Source: Amphiscolops sp. MND2022 (taxonomy: Eukaryota). From it: DNA of 64,000 nucleotides. The stretch covers positions 8,558,001 to 8,622,000 of the forward strand of contig OZ076409.1 in assembly GCA_964187785.1 (NCBI GenBank), in the 5' to 3' direction. Within the stretch, counting starts at the first letter, position 1. Each line of letters begins with the position of its first letter. The position numbers and the translations under genes were made by a program. The notes under the pieces are model-generated. The model saw only the letters and a program-made list of their open reading frames with translations, ran no database searches and was not told the DNA's origin. Below, in pieces: positions 1-11,175 of the stretch.

Positions 1-150
1 AGAAAATTAGTTGAACAAATGTGAACAAATGTGAACAAAGATTGTAAGAAAAGTGGACCACTCAGAGTGAGATTGTCAACTGAAAAAAAAAAAAACTACT
101 CACTGTAAGAGTCGGGCTTTTTTCCTTAAGGGAAAAGGCGCCGACTAAAA
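1..150 (-). mobile_element. Helentron-type non-autonomous element (HINE-like family A), partial at window edge
   Basis: Terminal hairpin AGTCGGGC...GCGCCGACT followed by AAAA (138-150); same terminus and adjacent sequence as copies at 49831-50310 and 62024-62568. Confidence 0.7.
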
Positions 151-401
151 ACATAAGGGGTTTCAAATTGCATTGATACAAATGTTTTCCATTTTATTTT
201 TTTTGCACTACAGTTTTATACCAACCTTATGTCTTCTGTTATTGATGATAATTTTAGTGATTACTGCGTGTCAAGTGTTTTACTTCCTTTCTGATTTTAT
301 TTGAAATGCCCCGTTATTTTACATTCCTTTGAAAAAAAATGTATTTTTCAAAAAAAAACTATAAAACATGAAAAAATGTTCAGATCGCAACATTGTTTCA
401 G

Positions 402-483
402 GGCTGTCACTCTATGGCTAGCCTTGGATGACGTAGACGAAGAAACGGGTTGCTTGTATTATGTTGCTGGAAGCCATAAAAAG
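402..483 (+). CDS. Internal exon of phytanoyl-CoA dioxygenase (PhyH, Fe(II)/2OG dioxygenase) family gene
   Basis: Acceptor ttgtttcag (AG 400-401), donor AAG|gtaggt (484); encodes AVTLWLALDDVDEETGCLYYVAGSHKK, the typical PhyH W.ALDD...GCL...GSH motif; splices in phase 0 to 5775. Confidence 0.88.
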
Positions 484-701
484 GTAGGTGATTGAAAGGT
501 GGACAAATTAAAATGACTATCAGCTGGGCATTTTTTGAGTTTCGGGGCTATTTTATATCGTAGTATTTCTCAGAAACCACTGATTATTCGAGAAAATGCC
601 GTATTCGTTATGTACTTTTGGACCTCAGATTGTCATCGTTTTCTGGCAGATATTGTTGGCAGAGAATTTTATAGATAAAAGAACTTCGCTAAAACAAAAT
701 A

Positions 702-868
702 CAGTCAAACTCGGATAAAAGACTCATTGGGCGGTGAGAAAAGGGTTTCTTTTATCCATAGATTCTTTTATCAGTTGTCCTATTACCGTAGAAAGTTTGA
801 CTTGCATAAAATCGGAGAAGTGAAAACGTTTCTTATATCCGAATGTTTCTTTTATCCGAGTTCGACTG
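702..868. mobile_element. Tc1/mariner(pogo)-type MITE in PhyH intron
   Basis: TIRs CAGTCAAACTCGGATAAAAGA / TCTTTTATCCGAGTTCGACTG flanked by TA (700-701, 869-870). Confidence 0.85.
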
Positions 869-1350
869 TATATCGGAGCATTTGAAAAATGATGATCTTC
901 GGCTCCAAAGCGAGAGCGCTAGAAGTATGAAATTGCGTTATACTGATGTAAAACAAACTCAAACGCAAAGTTTTTTCTACGCTGATTGTAAGAGAGTTTC
1001 ATTTTGGAGAAGTGCATATAAGCACGGCGGATGATAACCATCTGTCGCAACAAGGACTGTTGAAAGTTAGTGTATTGTATACACGTGTTTTCAACAAATC
1101 TTGATCTTTTAATTTTCGATACATATACGACTGGAAAGTTGTTTCTACGATTATACACGAAAATATTCTTCCGTGTATTGATCAATAAGATTGTGATTAA
1201 TTTGAGAAAATGTATATGCTGCATAGCTGCATAGTACATCATCGAAATTGAAGAAAGCGTATAAAAGCTGAAAATCTGGAAAACCTTGTTGAAATTAGTT
1301 TTGATTCATATAACTGGAACAAATAGTTGAAATCTTTTCGAGTTTTCTTT

Positions 1351-2612
1351 TTTAGGAGTCGGAAAAAATTTTCGACTACTTATGCAATCGTGTTGTTTTT
1401 TTTTGAGGCTTCGAGCGAGCGAAGCGAAGCGACGAAGTCTCTATTGTTCCGCGTTTACTAGAGTTTTGGTTTTTTTTTTCGCGTGACATACCCTCTGCAT
1501 TTGTATTAATTGAAGGCTATTTTCTCAGAGCCTATTTTTCCGCGACCATCCAAACTTTCCAAAAAGAAACGCAACTTGATGCTCTTTCTAACCGTGTAAA
1601 AACTTTCCGAAAATTTTCCACCGGCGCGATTTTATTAGCTTCGAAAGCGCGAAATTTTCGAAAATTTTTAGGGTTTTTGTCGATTTTGCTATTTTTCTTT
1701 TTGCAAACCACAGCGAATTGGCCCGATGTAGGTACTAACCGACGTAAAACGATGTTTTCTTTAATTTGGTGAAAGTTTTTTATCCTAGAATTATTGGGCT
1801 TTCCGAAAATGACCATTAAAAATAGGAAAAATTTTCGGTTTTTTTGCGTAAAAAATTTCTCAACCTATTTTCAAGTAGCAATCAGTTCTAATCCAAGCAG
1901 TGGTGTTTCTACTCGATAACAGGTCTGCTTAGCTGCCCAAAGTTAGAAATTGGAAAGTCACAACGTTTACGTCGGACAGATAAAGACAAAAAAGTTTGAT
2001 TTTTGAATTTTTGATAAATTGCTCTCTTTATTCAATTTTGTAAAAGTTTTGGCCTATTTTCTCGGAGCCTAATACTTCGAGACCATCCAAAAACTCAACA
2101 AATTGTTGGAACTGAAATAAATGATAGTCAATTATGGCTGCGGGACCTGTCGCTCGAAGCCGTGCGCAAATTCCTTTGCGCCTATGTTTTTTTTTCTCCC
2201 GACCTTTTCATGAAAATTTCAAATTTCTCAAAAACTGTCCATACGATTTTCACGAAATTTTGCACAGTCATTCTACACCCAAAGGGGCCCCTGCGTGTGC
2301 AAACGCATCAAAATCGTATGGCTGGGATGTGAGAAACATAGCCAAAATTAGCCCAAAAATGGCCAAAAAACAGCCATTTTTCGACTTTTTTCGCTTTTCT
2401 CAAAAACTGTCCATACGATTCGAACGAAATTTTTTACAGTTATTCTACACCATATTAGAGTCCTATATGTGCAATGGCATCAAAATCGTATGGCTGGGAT
2501 ATGAGAAACATAGCCAAAATTAGCCCAAAAATGGACAAAAAGGGCCATTTTTCGACTTCAGAAGGAAAAAGACCTAAGCCGACTCCTTTACCGCACATGC
2601 GGCTCTGGTTTT
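1351..2612 (+). mobile_element. Helentron-type non-autonomous element (family B), host of a nested insertion
   Basis: 5' T-tract + subTIR AGGAGTCGG (1354-1362) in a 5' hairpin; 3' subTIR CCGACTCCT (2579-2587), stem-loop CCGCACATGCGG (2591-2602), then T-tract; internal ~172-bp tandem duplication (2229/2401). Confidence 0.72.
1401..2190 (+). mobile_element. Helentron-type non-autonomous element (family C) nested in family B
   Basis: 5' hairpin GAGGCTTCG...CGAAGTCTC (1405-1441); 3' subTIR CGCTCGAAGCC (2151-2161) is the reverse complement of 1407-1417; stem-loop GCGCAAA-TTCC-TTTGCGC (2164-2181); T-tracts on both sides. Confidence 0.75.
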
Positions 2613-3385
2613 CTTAATACACGATACATACACGATTTTTTTTCATATAAATACATGAATAAACGAAAAATATAGTATGCGTCAATACGCTGTTTAGAGT
2701 TGATTTAAACACCCTAAATAGCATCGTAGTTGGTCATGGTCAGGGCGTTTGTTTTCATCTTTTCCGATTGTCTCGCTTTCGCTGTACCGGGCCTGAATCG
2801 CATGTTTGATCTTTGGGTGTTTTGGTGCCAAGATCTCGTGATGTAATTTCAATATTGGAGCCTATAATCAGACGACTGTAATTTCGAATAATCCAGTTCG
2901 TAGTGGTGTTTTAACAGACCCCAGCTTTTTAACACTTTCGTTACCGTTAAAGATGAGAAATTTCTGAAGTCATGTTTGATAGTAGTTCATCAGCGTTCAT
3001 TTGTCCCTTAAAAATTAGGTATTCCTTCTGAAATTGGTGACATTAGTAGCAATTTAAGTGGTAACATTTGTCCCCCAGTAGCCGACGTCCTAGTAACAAA
3101 TTGTCTTGTAGCAAGTGTCCTCACACCGAATACCAAAATCACCATTCCAAAGAGTGAACTTTTCGTACGTTTTCTTGGTTCACGTACGGTTCCATCTGTG
3201 ATAGAAGAATGGAACCCCTGTTTGGTAATTAAATTTGGAACACCTAATGAGTTTGCATATTTCTTAAAAATTACCAAATTTTCCTAAATATTGCAAAAAA
3301 AGTTTCTTGGATTTTTGTCTAGTTTACTTTCATCTAATTTGCAAGCCTTAAAACTAATGAGAGTCAAGTTGGAGAATAATAATTT

Positions 3386-4534
3386 TTATTATTTCTGCGA
3401 TAGCAGGAATATTATTGAAACCCCAAGATGTCTACCTTTTTTCAGTACAATTCTTCGCACGATAAGGAATAATTTAGATATTTGTTCGGCAGTGACTATA
3501 AGCGTGAGAATTAAATTTCTCAAGCTGCCGACATTTCAATTCTCGTGCGATGGAACGAGCGGGTGGTAATTATGCATTCGTATGCTGACGTCATTGAGAT
3601 GAAGCGAGCGAATGTTCGTAATTATGCGTTAATTATTCGTTCGTTGAGAACTTCGCTTGCATTCAAATGCGAATGCGAAACTTCGTCTACGCTCAGTAGT
3701 TATAGTTTCTTTAGTCCGAGAATTAAAGGCGGTGTAAACTTGGATTACGTCCCAAATAACATAAGAGCAAATAACAAGACGCCCACTAAGCACCGGGATA
3801 TTTTCCTCCCTTTTCGCCTTCATCACTTGAGCCATAGCTATTTTGGGAGGGGAATAGGATCTAAATAATAGGATCTAAAATTTAGTGATTTTAGATCTTA
3901 TTCCCTTTAGATCTTATTCCCGTCCTGAAATTTTAGATCTTGTTCCCTTTGGATCTTAATCTCATTTTTGACTTTAGATCTTATTCCCCCCTCCTACTAA
4001 AATAGTCAAGTAACTAAATAGTCAAGTACCTAAATAGTCAAGTGATGGAGCGTGGAGATTTGGCAGATTTTGGAAAAAAACGCAACACAGATGATGATTT
4101 TCCTCCCCATTGAAAATGTGGGTCGGAAAATAACAAATTATATTAGTTTCAAATAACATAAAAATGAAATTCGTTTCAATAACAAAAATAAAACCGAATG
4201 CCCGGTCAAACAATCGAACTCACGAATTTTTTTTGGAATTTTCATACTTTTTTCAGTGAATCTTTTGAATTGTGAATGGTTTTGACCTGTAAAACTTTCT
4301 CGTAATCAATTTTATTTTTGTTTTGTGAAACTCATTTCATTTTCATGTTATTTGAAGCTAATTTTGTTTTTATTTTCTCTTATTTTATTTGGGAATTCAC
4401 CGTTAACTTGTACAGTGATCAATTGTGCGCTAAGTAATGATTAAACAGGTGTGTATTGGTATTCCCGATATGATTCTATTATTAATGAAAGATTCAAGCA
4501 GAAATAATAATGTGCCCCGGAGGGGCCTATTTTT
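3386..4534 (+). mobile_element. Helentron-type non-autonomous element (family D)
   Basis: 13-bp subTIRs TTATTATTTCTGC (3386-3398) / GCAGAAATAATAA (4498-4510); 5' hairpin TATTTCTGC-GATA-GCAGGAATA; 3' stem-loop GCCCC-GGA-GGGGC (4514-4526); first ~350 bp homologous to 48339-48685. Confidence 0.75.
3846..3994. mobile_element. Small foldback/MITE-like insertion inside family D element
   Basis: TIR GGAGGGGAATAGGATCTAAA / TTTAGATCTTATTCCCCCCTCC with internal TTTAGATCTTATTCCC subrepeats; absent from the 48.3-kb copy. Confidence 0.55.
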
Positions 4535-5774
4535 ACATAAAGAACTTTGGAAATTCGGTTGCAAAGTCTAAATTAGGAGCGGGAGCTGGCCTTTTTTACT
4601 TTTTCATTTTGTTCGAGGTGCTCATTGTTCACCAATTTGACTCGAAAATTTTTAGTACCCTAGAGTGTACATGTAAGAAAATCACAAATCTATAAGTCTT
4701 AAATCTATACCCAATCTCATTACATGTAACGGTCTTAATTCAGTAGAGATTACCAGTTTTCTTCGGATGTGTAAATAAGGCTTCAAAGTTTGACAGTGCA
4801 ATCAGTGGACAGCAATGAACAGGCTGATAGGCAAAAACTAAATCAAAATTGTTTGTAAATTTGGCAAAATATTAAAAACATGGTTTCCAAACCAAATATT
4901 ACATAGAGAGGCATTGACAGCTAATTTCCCCAATAATTCTCAAAGAAGTTTCAAACAAACACGAACGTAAACTAGAATAAAATTCGAGAAACTTTTAACA
5001 AAGGCATTTCTCTTGAATATCAATAGTTTTCGAGATACAGGCAGAAAAATTAGGTGTTACAAACATTATTATCAATTAGGGGTTCGTTTCTTTTATCACA
5101 GGACTGTAGTAGGCATCGTTTGGTTATTCAATTCAAAAGACGTTTTTCAATTAGCTCAAACAGTTCTCATCAAACTCGGGCCCAAAAAAATTAAAATGGG
5201 GGGGGGGTGAAATAAACGGTATACGTATATTCTGAAGTGTGTCCGCACAATACGCCCAAGGAAATCACGCCAAAAGCGGACATCACGCCCAATAATTATA
5301 CATACAACAAACTTTAAAATTATTGGGCTTAATGTCCGCTTTGAGCGTAATGTCCTTGAACGTATTGCCCTAGAACCTTCTGTAAATGGGTGAACTAAAC
5401 GTCTCAATTGAGAGTAAGTGGTCTCCTCGCATGTAGGGGTGGTCTTTTGTTTTCTATTTTTTCAAACTTTTTGTCAAAAAAGTGTTGAAATGAACATTCT
5501 GAATTGATGTTTTCACGAACATATACCTTTGAAGCCTTCCAGTCAAGCCATGATAGCCAGAAATATAAACTCCAGAATCTTTCTCCCCGCTCAAATTTTT
5601 CGGAGTAATAGTCGGTCAATTTCAGAAAAAGTTGCATTGTCGCATCACTCGTTCCGATTAAAAACGAGGTTTCATTCGAGCCATCTATGTAACTTAATAA
5701 GCTCCGCTTCGTCTGAAATGTTTTTTATCAAACACCCCTTCAAGTGCTTAAAATTCGAGTTTATTTGTTTGTAG

Positions 5775-6071
5775 GGTCTCTTGGAACATTACAAAACTGA
5801 CGTGATTGGATTCAGCCAAGCACTGGTGGAGTTTCCGGAGTGGATGTCTACCAGTGAACATAAGCAGCCAGCTAAGTGTGGCACTCTTTTGGGTCACCAT
5901 GCGTACATGGTGCACAGAGCGGGCGCCAACAACAGTTCCACCCGGTGGAGACCTGCTTTGGGGCTGACTTACTGGGCCAAGTCCATCTACGAAGACAAAG
6001 ACCTGATGAAAGCTAAATCCACTTACCAACAATCACTCGAACAAACTCTCATTGAGACTGGAAAAGTTTAG
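5775..6071 (+). CDS. Terminal exon of PhyH-family dioxygenase gene
   Basis: Acceptor tttgtttgtag (AG 5773-5774); GLLEHYKTDVIGFSQ...GTLLGHHAYMVHRAGANNSSTRWRPAL has the distal Fe-binding His and 2OG-binding Arg pattern (H....N.S...R); stop TAG ends 6071. Confidence 0.88.
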   Translation, partial: GLLEHYKTDVIGFSQALVEFPEWMSTSEHKQPAKCGTLLGHHAYMVHRAGANNSSTRWRPALGLTYWAKSIYEDKDLMKAKSTYQQSLEQTLIETGKV

Positions 6072-6138
6072 CTTTGACTACCGGAAATTTGGTCGTTAGA
6101 ATATTCATCGCCAGAAATTTCGCCGTCGGTAATTACGT

Positions 6139-6222
6139 CGTCGCGTTATGACTAACGCTTAACAATCACTATTTAGAAAACACCTGCAGAAATAAGAAGC
6201 TTAACAATCCTTTTTTTGCTAC
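6139..6222 (+). mobile_element. LTR 5' fragment of the same family as the LTR at 42774-43218
   Basis: cGTCGCGTTATGACTAACGCTTAACAATCACT...CACCTGCAGAAATA...AACAATCC matches 42774-42805 and 42995-43050. Confidence 0.55.
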
Positions 6223-6719
6223 AATAATAGTTAACAGAGGATACATATGTATGACAAATACTGCCATAAATGCGTATTACAAATAATAGGTTGCAAATTG
6301 CGGTGTTAAAATGATATACGTAGCACATAAATTATGGATGTGCCTCGAATTATTGGTAAATTCAATTTCCGGAGCATTAAATCAATACATGGCGTACGAA
6401 AGAGATGAATTCAATAAGAACTGAGCTGAGTCGTTTTGTTCACAAATCAACATCGATCTTAGTGTTCGTATGAGTGATAATGGAATTTTAATTTCTAACG
6501 CCAAAGCACCATGTCTCAACATCATTCACGGGGAGCCGAATTTGAGTCTCGAAAATTTGGGAGCCGAAAAATGAAAGTTGTGATTTTATTATACTTAAAA
6601 GAAATTAGTCAGAAGGTTCAGTCAATTTCATGCGTTGTGGAGATGTTCCAAAAAGAGGGTCACTTTCAAATCATTCTTTTGTGCCGCACAGTTAGTTCAA
6701 CTTTCCCAATTCGTGAACA

Positions 6720-8010
6720 CAGAATTAGTCAATTGAACCAAAGAATTTGGTATCACCCTTCCACCGAGAGCAGCAAATTCTCCGTGGACAAACGGCAAGT
6801 TAGAAACCCAAAATCAACACCTTGCACCATACTGGAGAACCTTCCTAAACGAGTCTGGAAACAACTGTGCTCCCTTAGCACCCAAGTTTGCCTTTGCCAA
6901 TAATAGTGCCAACTATACAACTGGAAAGACTCATTACGAAATTGTCTTCTGCTACCAACCACCAATACCTATGAGTCTGAAGCTGGGAATCTATAGGAAC
7001 CCAAACAAGAACTGTCAATCACAGTTCTGCAAGGGACTACTTCGCCATTGCCATAGTGGAAACCAAGTGAAAAACAACTTACCGAACTACTAAGACCACA
7101 ACTATCACAAAGCTTGCTGGAAAGAGAAACTGCTATCAAAAGAACTTCTCATCCACATACGAAAATTGTAGGAAACAAACAGCTCGATCACACACCTACA
7201 GAAACAGATTGAAACTTGGAAATCACCTCAACGTCGGACGAAATGTTCGGTTAGAAAACCACCGAAAAGATCTCTCGGTAAGCCAAAAATTCCAACGACT
7301 GCGACTAAGACACTACAGTGACCAAGCGAATTACCAAAAAAGCATACCAAATTATAAGACGACCAAGATCCCGAAAATCTTCGAACTGTGCATATAGAAA
7401 TCATCTAATAGAGTATTTCCCCAAAGAGGAAACACTTCCTCCCTTTACGGAAAAATACACAACCCCTTACGGTGGAGACACGGACTTTTATAATAAATTG
7501 GTCGACGCGGAACATTTGCCCATCAAACCTCAAGCTACAACCCGAAAACAAAGTGCAGTATATCTATATGCAAATACAACTATCCTATTTCTTTAACCTG
7601 AATGATTTCAAACACTCGAAAAACATTTTCCTCACTTTTTACGAACTCCGCTCGGGCCGCTCCAAGGTAATTGAACCTCAAAAGGTACCCATTGCGAGTG
7701 CAAACTCAAAATTTGTCCGATTCCCGTGAGCAATGAAATAACTGATTGCATTCTCAGATTTGCTGTGATATATGAATGCCAGTGATTGACTCCAGACGCA
7801 ACCGATGATCATTATCTTCAAAATCGACAATCGCCTTTCACAAATCACATATATCCAGGAGCTCTCAATGCAGAACATATCATCCAACTGCAGAAAAAAG
7901 TGAAACATACATTTGTGTACCGGAATCGCGCATCTACCCTCTGCTGGAGAGCTTACTCTACAATAACACACCTACAGAAGTCTTCACAAGCGCCAAGTCA
8001 GTCGTTCAAT
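6720..8010 (+). pseudogene. Degenerate Ty3/Gypsy integrase C-terminal region
   Basis: Frameshifted translation GITLPPRAANSPWTNGKLETQNQHL...KFAFA..NYTTGKTHYEIVF...PIPMSLKLG resembles the rve P.TNG..E..N motif and downstream integrase; many stops and frameshifts. Confidence 0.7.
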
Positions 8011-8055
8011 GTCCTCGCCTAAAGTTACTGTCTCGTGCGATAGCGAGGACTACTT

Positions 8056-8826
8056 TCACTCCCTTGAACGAAAAACCAGATTTTGTGCAATCCCGAAATG
8101 ATACCCACGGAAAGGCAGATAAGCACTGAAGCGTAGGAAAATAGGACAGTTGAAGTAGGCATCCAACCCTCCCTCATCCAACAGCCGAAGTTGCCACTCC
8201 CTCTCAGCGGTACTCCAAACTGCCCATAGACGGCGAAACTGATCCCTCTGGAACAGGGTTAGACGGGAATAACCCAAAATGTAGCTTCGTAATTGAAAGA
8301 GAAGCATACCTCTCTGCTCTGCAAGGAAGGCGGGACTACCACCTCCTCCCATACACTTGCATGAGGGAGGCCGAAAACCTTCCGAAATTGCCGGGAAAAT
8401 AACGACAAACCCTCGATATCCTCTAGCCGACACTTTGCCCCCAACTAAGAAAATCCATGAAGGACTCTTCGTCTCCATCGCAGAGCTCGCCCCGTACCAT
8501 TAAACTGGCGGCCGGCGAGCAAGAGAGGCAGAGGCGACAGCCGACGATCCAACGGGCACCTAGGTGTCCAGGCGGCTAGCTCCGGCCACAGGCTCCACTT
8601 GCGGAGCCACAACCACAGCAGAACTCGACGGTGAAAAACGAGAGGAAGGGAAGCTGCCACCCACAGACGACGAAGGACTAGAAGGTAAATCGGCGGAGGA
8701 GGAGGACCCACCAGCACTGGCAGAAGAGGAGACCGAGGGAGGCACGAGCGAAGGGGCAGACGAAGCTTCGTCAGTGGATGATTCCTCATAATAGTCCTCT
8801 ATGTTGTTGCTCATTACTGAATACAA
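8056..8826 (-). pseudogene. Disrupted orphan gene with Ser/Pro-rich N-terminus
   Basis: Consecutive ORF fragments 8560-8826 (EESSTDEASSAPS...) and 8056-8478 (..FQRDQFRRLWAVWSTAEREWQLRLLDEGG..); inverted repeat GTCCTCGC/GCGAGGAC (8011-8050) right after the stop. Confidence 0.4.
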
Positions 8827-10434
8827 AGTAGCTGTAAGTTCAAAGTCATGTAAACCTAGATAAATACATAATGAGTGAAATTATCATACCTATATGCCTA
8901 ACTATGTACCGTAGTCATCCAAAATTCGATATATTATTAGAAGAATTCAACCGCATTTAACTCAGTTTCGGCAACCAATAGGATTTCACCAAACTACCAG
9001 GGTTCTACGAAAAACGTTTCGAGTTTTTTTTTTGAAAAATTGTCGCGAAGAAAAATTTACATACCAAATGAAAAATGAACAAGTAAAAAAGGGTTCAAAA
9101 AATCAATTGGCATTCTCAAATCGTCGACTTCCAAAAGTCGCTGATTTTCTCACAGACTCGCTCTATGAAACGGGATGCCTGGGTGAGCTCAACGGCAGTG
9201 AACCCGCTGATGACCTTCAGGAGTCGAGGGTACAGAGTATCGAGTCTGCAAAATCGCTTTGCCTCTGCTTTTGTCTTCCCGAATCCTGTCAAGTTGAACT
9301 TTTTCAGTTCCTGGACTATCGCAGCATCACTCCTAGAGACGATCCTCTGCTGGACAACTTCCACAATATTGCGCCCGATAGCGAACGCTTGCATTATGAG
9401 TCCGTTGTCCTTCATTGGGTCGCTTTGACGAAGATTGTTGCAAATCTTCGTATCAGAGCTCTGAAAAAGGCGCTCATCCAGCGGGGCACGGGTGTCAGCG
9501 GGGGCCTCATTGACTGCTCTGAGGAGGCGGCGCTCAACCTCCTCCTCCGTGAACTGTATTTTCCGGCGTTTGTTGGCCGGAGGAGCTCGCAGCAATGGAG
9601 AGGATGGTGGGGAAAGGGCGTCTGGTGAGGGTTGGATCTGGAAATCAGGCAGCGAAAACGGGGGCAGAATTTCGTCCAAAGGGACACCGATTTGGGGAGT
9701 TTGGCAAACTCCACCACCCGCCATCCTGCTCAGGCTCTCCAAGGAAGACCGGAACTATTGGAGCTGGCTCTGTTACAGAACGGACACTGACAGGGCACGC
9801 CGACAAGCCAAAACCGCGGAACGCAGACTAAACGAAAAACTAAATAAAAACAAGTTTAATACACAACATTTTGAATTAATAAGAATAGGTTGATAACTTA
9901 AAAATACTCCCACCTCCTCCCATACATTTGCATGAGGAAGGCCGAAAACCTTCCGAAATTGCCGGGAAAATAACGACAAACCCTCGATATCCTCTAGCCG
10001 ACACTTTGCCCCCAACTAAGAAAATCCATGAAGGACTCTTCGTCTCCATCGCAGAGCTCGCCCGTACCATTAAACTGGCGGCCGGCGAGCAAGAGAGTTA
10101 GCGGCGACAGCCGACGATCCAACGGGCACTTAGGTGTCCAGGCGGCTAGCCCCGGCCACAGGCTCCACTTGCGGAGCCACAACCACAGCAGAACTCGACG
10201 GTGAAAAACCAGAGGAAGGGAAGCTGCCACCCACAGATGACGAAGGACTAGAAAGTAAATCAGCGGAGGAGGAGGACCCACCAGCTCTTGCAGAAGACGA
10301 GGAGACCGAGGGAGGCACGAGCGAAGCGGCAGACGAAGCTTCCTCGTCAGTGGATGATTCCTCATAATAGTCCTCTGTTGTTGCTCATTACTGAATACAA
10401 AGTAGCTGTACGTTCAAAGTCATGTAAACCTAGA
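8339..10434. repeat. ~520-bp direct repeat pair (8339-8860 and 9910-10434)
   Basis: Near-identical sequences (both yield ORF MSRRLAPATGSTCGATTT...) flanking the 208-aa ORF. Confidence 0.9.
9116..9742 (-). CDS. Orphan 208-aa ORF, Pro-rich N-terminus, NLS-like PANKRRK, helical C-terminus
   Basis: Uninterrupted ATG-initiated ORF, GC-richer than its flanks, co-oriented with the other element genes; no family recognised. Confidence 0.5.
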   Translation of the reverse strand: MESLSRMAGGGVCQTPQIGVPLDEILPPFSLPDFQIQPSPDALSPPSSPLLRAPPANKRRKIQFTEEEVERRLLRAVNEAPADTRAPLDERLFQSSDTKICNNLRQSDPMKDNGLIMQAFAIGRNIVEVVQQRIVSRSDAAIVQELKKFNLTGFGKTKAEAKRFCRLDTLYPRLLKVISGFTAVELTQASRFIERVCEKISDFWKSTI

Positions 10435-11056
10435 CGTGGACGGCAAAACGAAGAGTCCAGTAGGCGGGAAAGTGTTAAAAAGAGAAAAAAGCTACTAACG
10501 ATTGGATGAGCGTCGTCTTCAGTCGGGTGTTGGTTGGTGGTTAATTAGTGGTTAATGATGTTAGAGAATGCGGAAGGGTTGTCGTTACATAAGTTTTCTC
10601 AAAGTCAAAAAAACTAGAATATTGCACGGTGTCCACCCTCTGTAGTAGAACTTTGTGCGATACTCAACAAAGTAACCTAAAGTAAAGAAAACTGGAACCA
10701 CGCTTATCGTCGATTCAACTTAGTCAGACTGTTTTACCCAAACCTTATTGATAACCTAATGTGACGAATATCAGAATGATGCTAAAACTTTACGTGTAAT
10801 TAAATGGAAATGTTCACAATTAAATCCTAATTTCTTAAAGCTGGAATGAGTTGGAAAAAAAATGAAGGAAGTTTTTAAAAAGTTTCAATTAGGCCTGAAA
10901 ACTTTCTAGTTACGCCGCTTTTTAGCCAGATAGTTCCTTGTAAGAAACTGTGTATAGTTTCTTGTTAGAAACTGCGGAGTTTATTTACTTAATAATCAAA
11001 ACAGAAAGTGTATAATACAAAACAAAAATGCCTCTTATTTGGAGTTTTAAAATAAA

Positions 11057-11175
11057 GTGAACAACTGAAGGCACTCAGGTCTCCCAAATTGTTCACAATA
11101 ACAGCGCTGTAACTTTATTGCTTCGAGTTTTTTTGGCCAGTGGCTGAAGGCACTCAGGTCTCCCAAACCACTGAC
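11057..11175 (-). ncRNA. Two copies of a conserved-loop stem-loop motif at the 3' end of the RPA-like gene
   Basis: Loop GAAGGCACTCAGGTCTCCCA (11067-11086, 11146-11165) closed by different 10-bp stems GTGAACAACT/AATTGTTCAC and GCCAGTGGCT/AACCACTGAC; minus-strand AATAAA at 11114-11119. Confidence 0.6.

Noticed and set aside
7990..8055. Canonical Helitron 3' end (hairpin + CTRR)
   Set aside because: A hairpin is present but no CTRR follows on the minus strand; terminus unresolved
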